A stretch of 64,000 bases of DNA from Phoronis australis (lineage: Eukaryota > Animalia > Phoronida): contig NMRA01000018.1 in NCBI GenBank assembly GCA_002633005.1, positions 1,375,531-1,439,530 on the forward strand. Direction: 5' to 3'. The translations under genes were made by a program, and so were the position numbers. This document shows, in pieces, positions 11,901-22,196 of this stretch. The notes under the pieces were generated by a model. That model was not told the DNA's origin, did not search any database, and saw only the letters and a program-made list of their open reading frames with translations. The first letter of the stretch is position 1. Each line of letters begins with the position of its first letter.

Positions 11901-13741
11901 AAACCGAGATTCCAAACATCTGTATACCTGCCTTCTATATCGGGACCAATTTGCATCACCTTGCAACCATTTTGACTATTGCCAATTTAGTTTGTCGCCC
12001 GTCTTTGTAGCTGGAACACCATTGAGAGGGTCGTCATGAAAATTGGCAGATGTGTTTGGACAGACAAAAACCACCTGACGTTAATTTTCGGAAAGGTCTA
12101 ACTACTGCAGTGCTTCCTTGAGTCATTATTGCACGTGGGACTGTCTCCTAAGCCTGGCCGTGTAGGATTTTTGTGAAATTTGATTTGTGTGCATTTCCCA
12201 TCAACTTAAGAACAGATGAACGGAACCAATTACTGCTCTACCTCGCAGTGGAAGTGATTTTTTGCATTTGCCTCCGCATCTTTTGAGTTCTTGATTGACG
12301 CTGCAACTTTCAAATAGGTTAGCGGTGTATTGTGCGTCATGTGGTGTACCTTAATTGTCATTCCTTTTGCAGTGCAGTCATGGACCCATCTCAACGTTTT
12401 GCGTTGTTCTTGTTATTGTTTCGCGTTTGGTTTTTGCATTCGCCTCTGTCAGTCAAACCAGTCTAAGGATCATTATGAAATTTGGCATTTTTTTTTCTTG
12501 TGGGAAGTGTATGGCTGACCATGATTTTCGGAAAGGTATGACTACTGTGACGCCCTCCAGTGGCAAGTTGGTTTTCACGAAGAACTGCCTCATTCAAATT
12601 TCATCACATTTTTGAGGGTGTTAAGATCATTCTGGTAAGCGATGGTGTACAGAATTCAAATCACCCCATTGTGTTGCTCAGGTGTTGGGACATATCTTTT
12701 CAGCAAAGGAACAGAAACTGCAATAATGCCCGTTGAGTTGGCCGATTTTTGCCGTTCAGGCCATGAAAATGTTCAATTTTTAATCGCAAATTCAGTTTTT
12801 GTGGTCCGAAGTGACTAAAATGGGTGGAAATATTGCCACTCCAACATGCAGCTGTTATATTTGACATCCATTTCAGTTTCAAAATCCCCCCAAAAAAGCC
12901 AGTTGTAAATGTCCAGGTGCTGCAGTACGTGCCTATAGTAATCCCAACCCGTAAGAAGCATTCATCGTTGCCGGTTACCGAGCAAATGCTATGCAGTGCC
13001 TAATGTCTTTGCTTTCGCCTTCATATCTATTTAGTTCCTAGATGGATGTTCATGAAATTCGGCAAATAATTTACAATCACGTCGGCCACCGCACCTACCC
13101 CGTTCCAAACGGATTTGACCAACGTTGCGCCCCAAAGTCGTGCTTTTTATTTGTGTCTGCTCTTTGTTGTTCGCCTCCATATCCTCCAAACTGCTTGCAG
13201 AATATTGAAGGTGTGTTCATGCTGTGCAGATTGTTTTTGGTTTGCTACCTTTGCCTTTTTAGTGGGAATTCTTAAAATCAGAATATCCTTTGTATCTGCG
13301 CTGTATGCTCATGCTGGGCGCATATCAACATTCCGTGTTGCTTTAGTGTTATGGAGGAAATAAACTTGATGGTAAACATAGATTGCAAATACATAAAGAG
13401 TTGTAATTGACGAAATATTTTTGTCTTTTAAATGAGAATCGTTATGTTTTTTATCTAGTGAAAACCAGTGAAATATCTTTGAATGTTGTTGAAACACAAA
13501 GTTAGAGATGAGTCTAAATGTTTTCTTTCCAGGTAAGAGAAGTTGCATCGGAGAACCCGTGTTCCGAGAAATTGCCTTTCTTTTCTGTGTTCGGCTGTTG
13601 CAAAACTTCTCCTTCAACCTGACGGACCAATCTATGAATGATCGTAGTGACATGGCCGAACGAGAACGTCTTGCCATTACAGGCGTCACCAACACACCCG
13701 CGGACTTCACCATGATTGTCCACTCACGGGACGATGACTAA
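5756..13741 (+). CDS. Cytochrome P450, CYP2 clan (CYP2U/2R/2J-like), 5 coding exons, 500 aa
   Basis: Exons 5756-5994, 7949-8064, 8730-9018, 11118-11767 and 13533-13741 total 1503 nt in one frame. Motifs: N-terminal TM anchor, PPGPxGLP hinge, FAGRP, K-helix EAFR, PERF, and heme motif FGVGKRSCIGE split by a phase-1 intron as in CYP2 genes. Confidence 0.93.
6970..7110 (-). mobile_element. tRNA-derived SINE-like fragment (tRNA-Val-like 3' half)
   Basis: tctgc-acggtta-gcaga anticodon-like stem followed by aggtcctgggttcgagtcctgg T-arm/B-box; no acceptor stem or D-arm. Confidence 0.55.
7949..8064 (+). CDS. P450 exon 2 (not in ORF track)
   Basis: ttttgcag acceptor; PVIVLNDSAVVNEYAVKNPTAFAGRPHSYGFAMMGCNT; donor GTATGC (phase 1). 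Confidence 0.92.
8215..8393 (+). mobile_element. ~170-bp MITE family (AATTGACCTAT TIR), copy 1
   Basis: Shares aacgcagcatt.ttga.acaccttcgtttcca core and TIR with the copies at 19726 and 31971. Confidence 0.75.
8730..9018 (+). CDS. P450 exon 3
   Basis: tcttccag acceptor; ENLFKDTYTPKWKNRKKFAMAALRGHG...LNVITKLFFDRTYD...; ends at the non-canonical donor GCAAGT (phase 2). Confidence 0.88.
11118..11767 (+). CDS. P450 exon 4
   Basis: atttcag acceptor; contains NPRDFVD, the I-helix, HPEIQKKLQAEVD, EAFR, PERF and LMPFGV; donor GTAAGG (phase 1). Confidence 0.95.
12000..13300 (+). mobile_element. Degenerate related HINE-like element(s) in P450 intron 4
   Basis: atgaaaattggcagatgtg, gattttcggaaaggtatgactactgtgacgccctccagtggc and gttcatgaaattcggc motifs; boundaries approximate. 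Confidence 0.5.
13533..13741 (+). CDS. P450 exon 5 (heme cysteine)
   Basis: ttctttccag acceptor; GKRSCIGE...LLQNFSF...HSRDDD then TAA. Confidence 0.95.
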
Positions 13742-13880
13742 GCAGGCGCAATGAATTGTGGAAGTCGCCACAACGCAAACCTTTGCAGACGAAATTTTAA
13801 AGGAAATTATATCGCCTCCTTGTAGCTTTTGAGACTTTTGTTATACAATATAGACGTTATTTTTGAAGAGTCACATTCGC

Positions 13881-14102
13881 TTTTTATGCCCGGCCAGCGT
13901 ATGTAGGTGTGAGTGTATGCCACTTTTCAGTCTCGGATTCATGAGGAGTGGGGTTTTTGCTACATTTCAGCGTTTAGGGAACATCATTGAGGGATTGCAA
14001 CAAAACATTTACACAAGTATGTGACGGCATTGCGTCGCCACCTCTAGATTTTCCGGTCGATGCGACTACATTAGTACCCGGTTGTGAACATTTTGCTCTC
14101 GT
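13881..14102 (+). mobile_element. Short HINE-like element
   Basis: tttttatgccc start, aaaacatttacacaagt core, ttttgctctcgt end resembling the family 3' end. Confidence 0.4.
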
Positions 14103-15100
14103 CATAGGGCTCTCTTCAGTATTTTTGGGTAAGAGCATCTGGGTGATATCTTACATAACCGTTAAGCGGAGTTCAATCGGAAACTTCAGGCAAATGTATG
14201 TGACGGCAGGGCCATAGGAAGTAGGGGGCGGGCGGGGGGTGACGGCCCCCCAAAAAAAAATTTCGGGCGTCAGGGTTTGACCGTGGCAATCGACATACGC
14301 GTGGGGCGGGGACAGTCGAGAAAAGAAAGAATGCTAAATGTGGATAAGAGAGAAAAATCAAGAGAAACATTTAACGACTCTGTATCAGTGCATGGTTTAC
14401 CCTTGGGGACCCTGGCCAGGACATTGTTGTTGGGGTCTCCGCTTTCGCAGCACAGGTCGTCTAAACGCACTTGAAAACGTGCACGAAATGATTCATGCAT
14501 TATATTTAGAAAAATCGAGAAAATTTGTAAAGCGAAGCTTTTGCAGAGGATTTTAATTTACTTGATTTTTAAATTCAATAAGTCAAAATTTTGCGACTGC
14601 AAAACCATATTTTTCTAGCGGCCCCTCTCTGGCAAAGGATAACGGAAACAACTGTCGCTTTTTTTCGAATTGTGTATCACTTGATGCCCTGACAGAGATC
14701 ATCAATTGTTGCACATTCCTTGATTTTTCAAAATATTGATAATTTCATATTGAGGGGCCCCACCCTTGAAGGAGGCCATTGATGACATTCAAGTGGCCAC
14801 CCGCTTTATGTTTTTATTGACAAATTCTTAAGGGTCCACTCACTGATAGAGGGCCCAATGTTGGACTTGATTACGTCTAGTTTCCTGTTTTTTGTGAAAT
14901 CGTGGAACTAACTTTCATGAAGAGGGTCACTTCCTGCACCGTCTTGTGACCATACGACGGTGGAATGAACTGTCGCTCTTTTCAAAGTTTAATGATGTTT
15001 AGTCTCATAATTAAGGTGTCCAATTTCAGACGGTACCCTCTCTCGGTGGATCAGTTCGGGGAAGCGTCCCTTTGTCCCTCTACACATGTAAATCCGGCAC

Positions 15101-15253
15101 CATGGGCTTCGCAGCACTGAAAAAAGTGTGTGTGTGAGGGGGGTTAAAGTCCCCCTGCCCCCTGTGATGCACTGCCCATAGACCATGGGCGGCCCAGCAC
15201 TGAAAAAAGGTGGGGGTTATAGCCTCCCAGTCCCCTTTGGTGCGCCGCCCATG
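15101..15253 (+). mobile_element. Two adjacent ~70-80-bp CATGGGC...GCCCATG mini-MITEs
   Basis: catgggc..cgcagcactgaaaaa occurs twice; a third copy is at 17258-17328. Confidence 0.65.
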
Positions 15254-16009
15254 GACAATGACAAGTATTCTCGAGCGAAGTTGAGATTCTAAGTTCATAA
15301 AAACACCAACATTCGTGCACAGCACAGCAGTATCAAGACATTCGATCCAAACAACCAAAAATGTGAAAAAAATACAATAGGATTGACCGCCATCGAATGG
15401 GTGGAATTTTGAAGAACGTGAAGACCCCTATTTGTTAATTACACAAAAGGATTATTTCCGATGGTTAGTTATAGAATAATTATAAAACGGACAATTGCCG
15501 CACAAATAAAAAAGTTCATGTTAACTCAACGTTACGTCTTTTGATAAGACATGGTCAGGATATGTACAGTAGGACAACAAGTGTCGACAACCATTCCACA
15601 TTCGTGTGGTGAAATGAGAGTAAGAGATAGTCCGTTTTCCTATGGCCAAAAATAATGTAATTGTAATATAATGTTACTGTTTCCCATAGTATCACAAGAA
15701 TAGTATTTCTTTTGAAAATGGTCACTTTGAGTTGTTTGTAAGGAATTCCCACATGTGGAAAACACTGCTGTCGAGGCTATCATTGGGGTGAACGAGTGTA
15801 CTCAAACACTCCCAAAAATAAACAAATATTTCAGTGTTTTTTTTGGGGGGGGTTCAAGTTAAACTCGTGAACTTCGGTAATATGCAAAAATACACCTTAC
15901 TATGAATGCCCAATCTCCCATTTTCCCCGGGTTACCCGCAAAAAATCTGCGAGTATGGCTGCGGATATTGCTTATAATATTGATTTCCGTTTTGATTAAC
16001 TAATTCGCT

Positions 16010-16790
16010 GGTTTCTGATTTACATGCTTGTGTATCTACGAATACGGACAGGTGAACAGATGATTTTTGGCAATTAGAGGATAATCTTTTAAGAAATCGT
16101 GACGATTCAGGGAATTTACCGGTAGTTGAAGCCTGGATATGGAAAAAAGAATGTATAATCAGATCCCCAAATAGTAAAGTGCACCTGGACGTTTTTGCCT
16201 ATTTAAAATAACTCTCAAAGACATTGATGAAATTTGGACACTTCCCAAAAATTTACTAACAATTCAAATGACAATAAATACATTGCTTTTTGGGTTCGGT
16301 ACAAGTTTTGTTGTTTAAACTCACCAACAGGGGATCAAAAGAGAATTAAGTCATTAAATCAACTTCGGAAGGTAAACGCATTGCTCGTGGATTTGATTGT
16401 TGATTTCTGATTTACACGTTTATGCCCATCTATGAAAGTGGAATGATTGACGGATGATTTTTTGACAATTAGAAACTAATCTTGTAGAAATGAGAATGCT
16501 TCAATGAACTTAGTTGCAAGCAGACACCAGGAAAATTCGATCTATCATCAGATTCCCAAATATAAAAGTACGCTAAACGATTTTTGTCTATCTGAAATAA
16601 GACTCAAGGAATTTCGGACAACTCTACAAAGTGTCCCAAAATCCTCTAACATTTCAAATGACAATAAATTGTTTATTGGCTTAGGAACTAGATTACTGGG
16701 TTTAAGTTTACAAACCGTAGATCGAAAAAGACGTTTAAATACTTAAATAAACAAAATCTAACTCATTTGTCATCAACTTCGAAAGATTCT
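16010..16790. repeat. Diverged tandem duplication, two ~390-410-bp units
   Basis: tttctgatttaca, gatgattttt.g.caattaga, ttcaaatgacaataaat and tcaacttcg.aag each occur twice with a ~390-410 bp offset. Confidence 0.7.
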
Positions 16791-16901
16791 CTTTGCAGTT
16801 CTATGATGTTTTTAGTTTCCAGTAGTATTGAGCAATGAATTTTTGTTCTTCAAAACAGAATCGTTTGTTTGCATTTCCCGTGCATATTACTACACACGCG
16901 G

Positions 16902-17144
16902 CATGCGCGCAACCAGCCTAACATTTTTGAGGATGTGGACCTTATACTGAAGAAAAGAAAAAACGGAATACGGGGTTCGTTCATGGCTATGAATTATGCA
17001 TACGCCGAATTTCTGCCTTTTTAGTTGACTTGTGTGTCATTTTTCTTGGACATTTTGTTTCTTTGAGGCGGACCTTTTTGCCCACTTTTCTAAATGGGGG
17101 GGCTCATTGGAGCCCCCTTCGAGTCCCCTCTGGGGGCGCGCATG
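16902..17144 (+). mobile_element. MITE with CATGCGCGC TIR
   Basis: Inverted homologue at 17453-17657 (aggcggaccttttt.gcccactt core). Confidence 0.65.
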
Positions 17145-17257
17145 CTTCCAACTACAGAGATCGTTTTCAAACCAGAGTATTATCTTCTTGAATTGAACCA
17201 GCATAAGCAGCAACTACCAGATTGTATGCAAATTTAAAGTTTTTCAGAATTGGCAAC

Positions 17258-17328
17258 CATGGGCGGCGCAGCACTGAAAAAGTGGGGGGGGGACTCTAGC
17301 CCCAGCCCCCTATGGTGTGCCCCCCATG
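17258..17328 (+). mobile_element. CATGGGC mini-MITE, third copy
   Basis: catgggcggcgcagcactgaaaaagtggggggg...cccccatg. Confidence 0.65.
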
Positions 17329-17452
17329 ACAACAGGTATAAAACAAAGTTAATCTTGGTATTCTCTAACATCAGGTCACAAATAATTAAGAAATGCACAA
17401 TAAGTTTGAAACTATCATTTGTTCAAAGCTACACAGATAAGACCCGTGTACT

Positions 17453-17657
17453 CATGTGCGCACCCTCGAACGAGCCCCCCCCCCCCNTTTGGCGAAGTGG
17501 GCGAAAAGGTCCGCCTATGAGAAACAAAAAGTCCGAGAAAATGAGACAAAAGTCCACTAAACAAGCAATTCACAATGGTGCCCCGCTTTTTTGTTACCAA
17601 ACTGTCCACAAAGTCAGGAATTCGAGCCCCATATTGAAGGCTGGGTGCGCACGCATG
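17453..17657 (-). mobile_element. MITE with CATG(T/C)GCGC TIR, inverted copy
   Basis: Reverse complement of 16902-17144. Confidence 0.65.
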
Positions 17658-18203
17658 GGGAGGCAATGAAGCAATTTGCTCAGAAACCTGGCGGACAAAG
17701 ATGTTTCCTAGTTAGGTAACCAATACATTATTCGATTACTTTGTACGAAAGACAGCGCGTGTTTGTGTTATTTTATTGTGTTAGATGGTATTCTAATTGT
17801 AACATTTGTCACATAGTCCCCGATTCATTAAAAGTGCCCTTCACTAATTGCAAATTGCACGAGGCGGTAGTACAGTTGCGAAATGCAAGTATTCTGATAT
17901 GAAGTGCCATTATAGTAACTCAGTATTGACCTTGTTTAAATAAACAGATATTGTTTTTTCTTGTGGTGTATATGGGATGGAGAAATAAGTCATAGACCAT
18001 AGGCGCGTCAAGGGGGTCCGGACTTCCCGTTTTCCCCTTGACTTTAGTGATATCAAATCTTTAATTTTCAAATTGTTGAGTTGAAGCCCCCGTTTAAAAA
18101 AATCCTGGGTCCGCCAGACAACGCATGTACTTTAGTCTAGGAATAAACCGAGTAAACACGGATGATTAACATTGTAACAAGACGGATTAAATTGGAAAAT
18201 AGT

Positions 18204-18209
18204 TTTATT
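18204..18209 (-). terminator. Candidate AATAAA polyadenylation signal for TPST (implies ~3.7 kb 3'UTR)
   Basis: tttatt on + strand, lying between the TPST stop and the MITE-rich intergenic zone; not verified by transcripts. Confidence 0.35.
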
Positions 18210-19725
18210 CTGTATTCAACTATTCATTCCTGAAATATCCACAGCAGCCAAGAATAGCACGAATGTTTAATAAATCTTGACTTCATTACACCGTTACAAA
18301 TATGGCGAGTTGATAATATCTAGCGCTCAACTCCTAAAACGTATCCTAAGGCTTTAACTTATACTGGGCGCTGCATCGGCGAGTCAAAAAATGGCCAACT
18401 TCAAATAGTGAAGCTGTTTAATATACCAAACGCAACACCCGTGAACACAGTATAAACATAGAAAACAAAATGTCCACTTTCTGGTTTAGTAAACCAAATA
18501 ATAACACACCGAGCTCTGGTATTAGTATAGAAAATAGCATAACTTAAATTTTAATATGAACCCGGCAGTTTTTTTTTAATTATCTCTTCGTTCTTTTTTT
18601 AATTATCTTTTCGTTCTTATTTTGGGGAGAAAATTAGGAATTCCTATTTTGGGATACCCTAATGTTTAAATGAAACATTTCACAGTAATTCCTATTGAGT
18701 ACCTGATCAGCCATTTGTCCGAAGTTGGCCAAATTCTCACTCTAGTCTAGGATTCTTTACCAACCTTTTAAATAACTGCTGAACAGACATTAGGTGAACC
18801 AAAAAAAAAACCCTAAGACTACGGGCTGAAACTTTTTTACATTTATGAGCACAAAAATGGTGACAGCTTGTTATAGTGACAATAAGTACAACAAACTTCA
18901 TGAGACTTAGAGATTTAATTCTATAAAAAGCTAAAAAGTATGTGATTGAAGAGTGAAATATCAAATAAGCAGCTGAAGGTGAAATCAACACTGTGGTGTT
19001 CAGGGGAGGGATTGTAGACATCTCCGCCTTGTTGAAGAGGGATCAAATTAGGATTCCACAGGTGCTTTGAGCAATATTTTAGCCTCACAACTTCACCCAT
19101 TCGATAGCAGCAGGCTTCGTCTATGTCTAGCCATGCCAATTGGAACTGAACACTTCAAAAGCCTCAATAACTGCTTTGTCAGAATCTGGTCAAACCCTAA
19201 TAGCCAGGAAGACGAAATTCACAAAAATTGAATACAACATATACTATTTTTACCAAGTTTCAAAAACACCTGTTCAAATTTGTTAAGGTTCCAACCTTCT
19301 GATATTGCAATTTTTTGGTTCTCCTGAACTATGCTGAAAACTTACTGTCAACACACATAACATTTATACTAAAACACAAATGAAAACAACAGAATACTGA
19401 TAAAAATAACACATGGCAAGCCCGCAACTGGTCAACAACAAAAAATGCCGACCAGACAAAAATGAATACACCAAGCATGCAGGCATTGCTTGGATGATTA
19501 AGGGCTGACAACTGGTGAAAATGACAAACAGATTTTTGATTAAGTAGGTTTGATTACATGGCACCATACAACAGTTAGTCAACAAAAGTTGTCAACTTCT
19601 TTTTCAACCAAAGGTGAAAAGAAAGTACTTCAGTGCACTAGAAACAGCGCACTAGAACCCATGGTCTGTTTTTAATTTTAACAAACATGTTCATTAATTC
19701 AAATCATATAAGGCTGCGTTCTACC

Positions 19726-19889
19726 AATTGACCTATCGCCAGGATTTGAATGACGGCTTAACTGACCAATCACAACGCAGCATTCTTGACACACCTTCGT
19801 TTCCAAGCCGCCATTTTACCCACCTTGTGGGATAAAACTTGTTTGTTTGTCAACATTGCCCAAGGGGCGGAGCTAGCGATAGATCAATT
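19726..19889 (+). mobile_element. ~170-bp MITE family, copy 2
   Basis: aattgacctatcgc...gcgatagatcaatt. Confidence 0.75.
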
Positions 19890-21952
19890 CAACTAGCCAA
19901 CTTTTTGGACAAAAATGTGACAATCTCTTCCTTGCCCAAAGTAAAAACATGAACATATACCATGGCATATAATAAAGTAAGATAGCACAATGTTAATTCC
20001 AAGTCATTTCTGTTATGACAAATTTCACTGAAACTTCCCAACCCCACGATACAGCTATCCTACAGGTATTCCTTGAGTGTAAGCAAACATCACATTATTT
20101 GTTTTCAAGTCTTATGGGGACAGGTTTAGTGTGTGCATTAGTTAGACATCAATTTCATACTTTCTTTGGACGGCTTTTCACATCAAAGACGAACAGTCTG
20201 AGAATTCTAAAAAGACCACAAATGTAGAATTACCGCTTTTAAAAACACTTTTAGATATACTCTATATTTACTAATAAGATTCGGAAGGAGTCTTTCATAG
20301 CCACTAAAACCCAGTGAACAATACAAAACTGCCAAGGCCAAAAGATTACATTAATCCCACTGAAGCTTTGTTGGTTACTTAAAAGATGTAAAGTGAAACT
20401 TCCTGACTACTCCATTGAAATCTTGAAGTTCACTCCAGAGAATATATTTGCCAATGAAGCCATGTATGTTAATTGGAGTTTTAAACTTACCAATACCCTA
20501 CACTCATATGAGTGTGCTATGAAAGTTACCAACCTATTTTAAATCAATCTCTAACAGCGTTTTGGTATCTGAAAGTCCAATCGATCATTTCGGAGATACC
20601 ATGTTCGGAAGTAACGGACATATTTCTAAATTCACAATTCATGCTAACCTATCACTTACTGACTCTCCAAAAAACTCAAAAAAGTGGTCGTAGTTTTTCA
20701 AATTCAGCTTTTCGTTTCTGGTCCAATAAATTTTTTAATGAAAAATCGTAAGATGCACGATTTTCGATTGCATCGGCTTAGACTTTGGTGTCCCAAATTT
20801 TAGAGACCCTCCCAAACTGGAGAATGTTTACTGTAATACCCAGCAGCCTTCAAATAGCACAAATTGGGTACAAGATGTCATTGAACACAAGAAACAGCCT
20901 CTCTAAGGAAAAGAGATGGCAAAGCACTACATTCCACAACACATTCACGATTTTGTCAAGCAATATCAAAAGAAGACAGCAGAACTTCATTTGCGCACAA
21001 CCATTCATAATGAACCTGACTGTGTGTGCAACATAATGAGGAATGACGGTAAAAACTCTTCAGTTTGGGGCACACAGTATGGTGGACACGTGAAGTTTGT
21101 TTCATTTTGTCAAATTTCTCAACAAAAATAACATTTCAGGAAAAAATATTTAGCTTTCAGCATGGTTTGTATGGCTATTACAAACAACATTTGGTAAATA
21201 TTTGAGCATTTGCATGTGCTAAGCCTCTGAAAAATAGAAATATGGCAATTTTAGCAATTATTTTTGTCGCAAATTGAAGTATGTTACCGTAGTTCATCCA
21301 ATTTTTAGCAACATGCTAATACGGCTGTATCTTCAAAAAGAATAGTTCGCCGGCTAACCACCTTCTAGTAAGACTGAACTGATCAGGCTACATGAATTCT
21401 AGCTTTTTCGTGAGTTCTTCATGACCATGTGCCTCATTAGATAAGGTGAATGAAGGTGAGCTGGTGTGTTTTCATGGTTAAAAAAGTCAATTGATACACA
21501 GCGCTAGCACATATGTTGGCCGTGAAGAGCGTCTATTGTCACAGTGACTTCAAAACCTCCTTGTCATTAATTCGACGGACATAAATTACTATACGTAAAC
21601 TGAGACAATATCAAACAAGAATAAATAATAAAAATGGCAGAAAAATGGACGTCAACACATTGCACACAACCCACATTTTGTCCTAATTTGGCAAAAATCT
21701 CTTGGTAAATTATGAGACTAAACTAATGACTTCTAAGTAAGACTAGCCACTATATAATACTGACGAACTTACTGATTTAATATGACACAATGAAAGCCGT
21801 TGATGCAAGATAATTCCTGTGAAACAGTTTACAGTTCACCTGTCAAATACTGAAAAAGTTCAGCAGTGTAGCACAATCAGGATAGAATATAAAACCAAAA
21901 CATGGATAATTAAAAAACTATTCAGCTACTATGCTACCATATATCTTTAGGG

Positions 21953-22196
21953 TCAATTTGTTTCATAAAACTGTGATTCGTTAATCCAGGCGTAGGTTTT
22001 TATGGGCTTCACCGCAGAAATGACATCGATGTCGCCGTATTTGGGTGGATTGGCCCAGGGGTCGTAACCCAATCGGCTGAGCATAGGTGCCACGGTGTCC
22101 ATATTGTTCATGACATCGTCGGGCACGTGACCCACCCACCTGGTCAACGCACCATAGTACACCGCCTGCATAACTTGATCACTAGATCTTTCAAGT
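21953..22196 (-). CDS. TPST: TPST last coding exon
   Basis: ttgcag acceptor; (K)[25 protein letters not shown]...QFYETN then TGA. Confidence 0.94.

Noticed and set aside
13531-13538. AG|GTAAGA at the start of P450 exon 5 (and AG|GTAAAA at 56630) as recursive splice sites
   Set aside because: Dictated by the encoded G-K-R heme motif and V-K codons; the introns are short.
17487-17487. N base in a poly-C run (another at 58084)
   Set aside because: Sequencing or assembly ambiguity, not biology.
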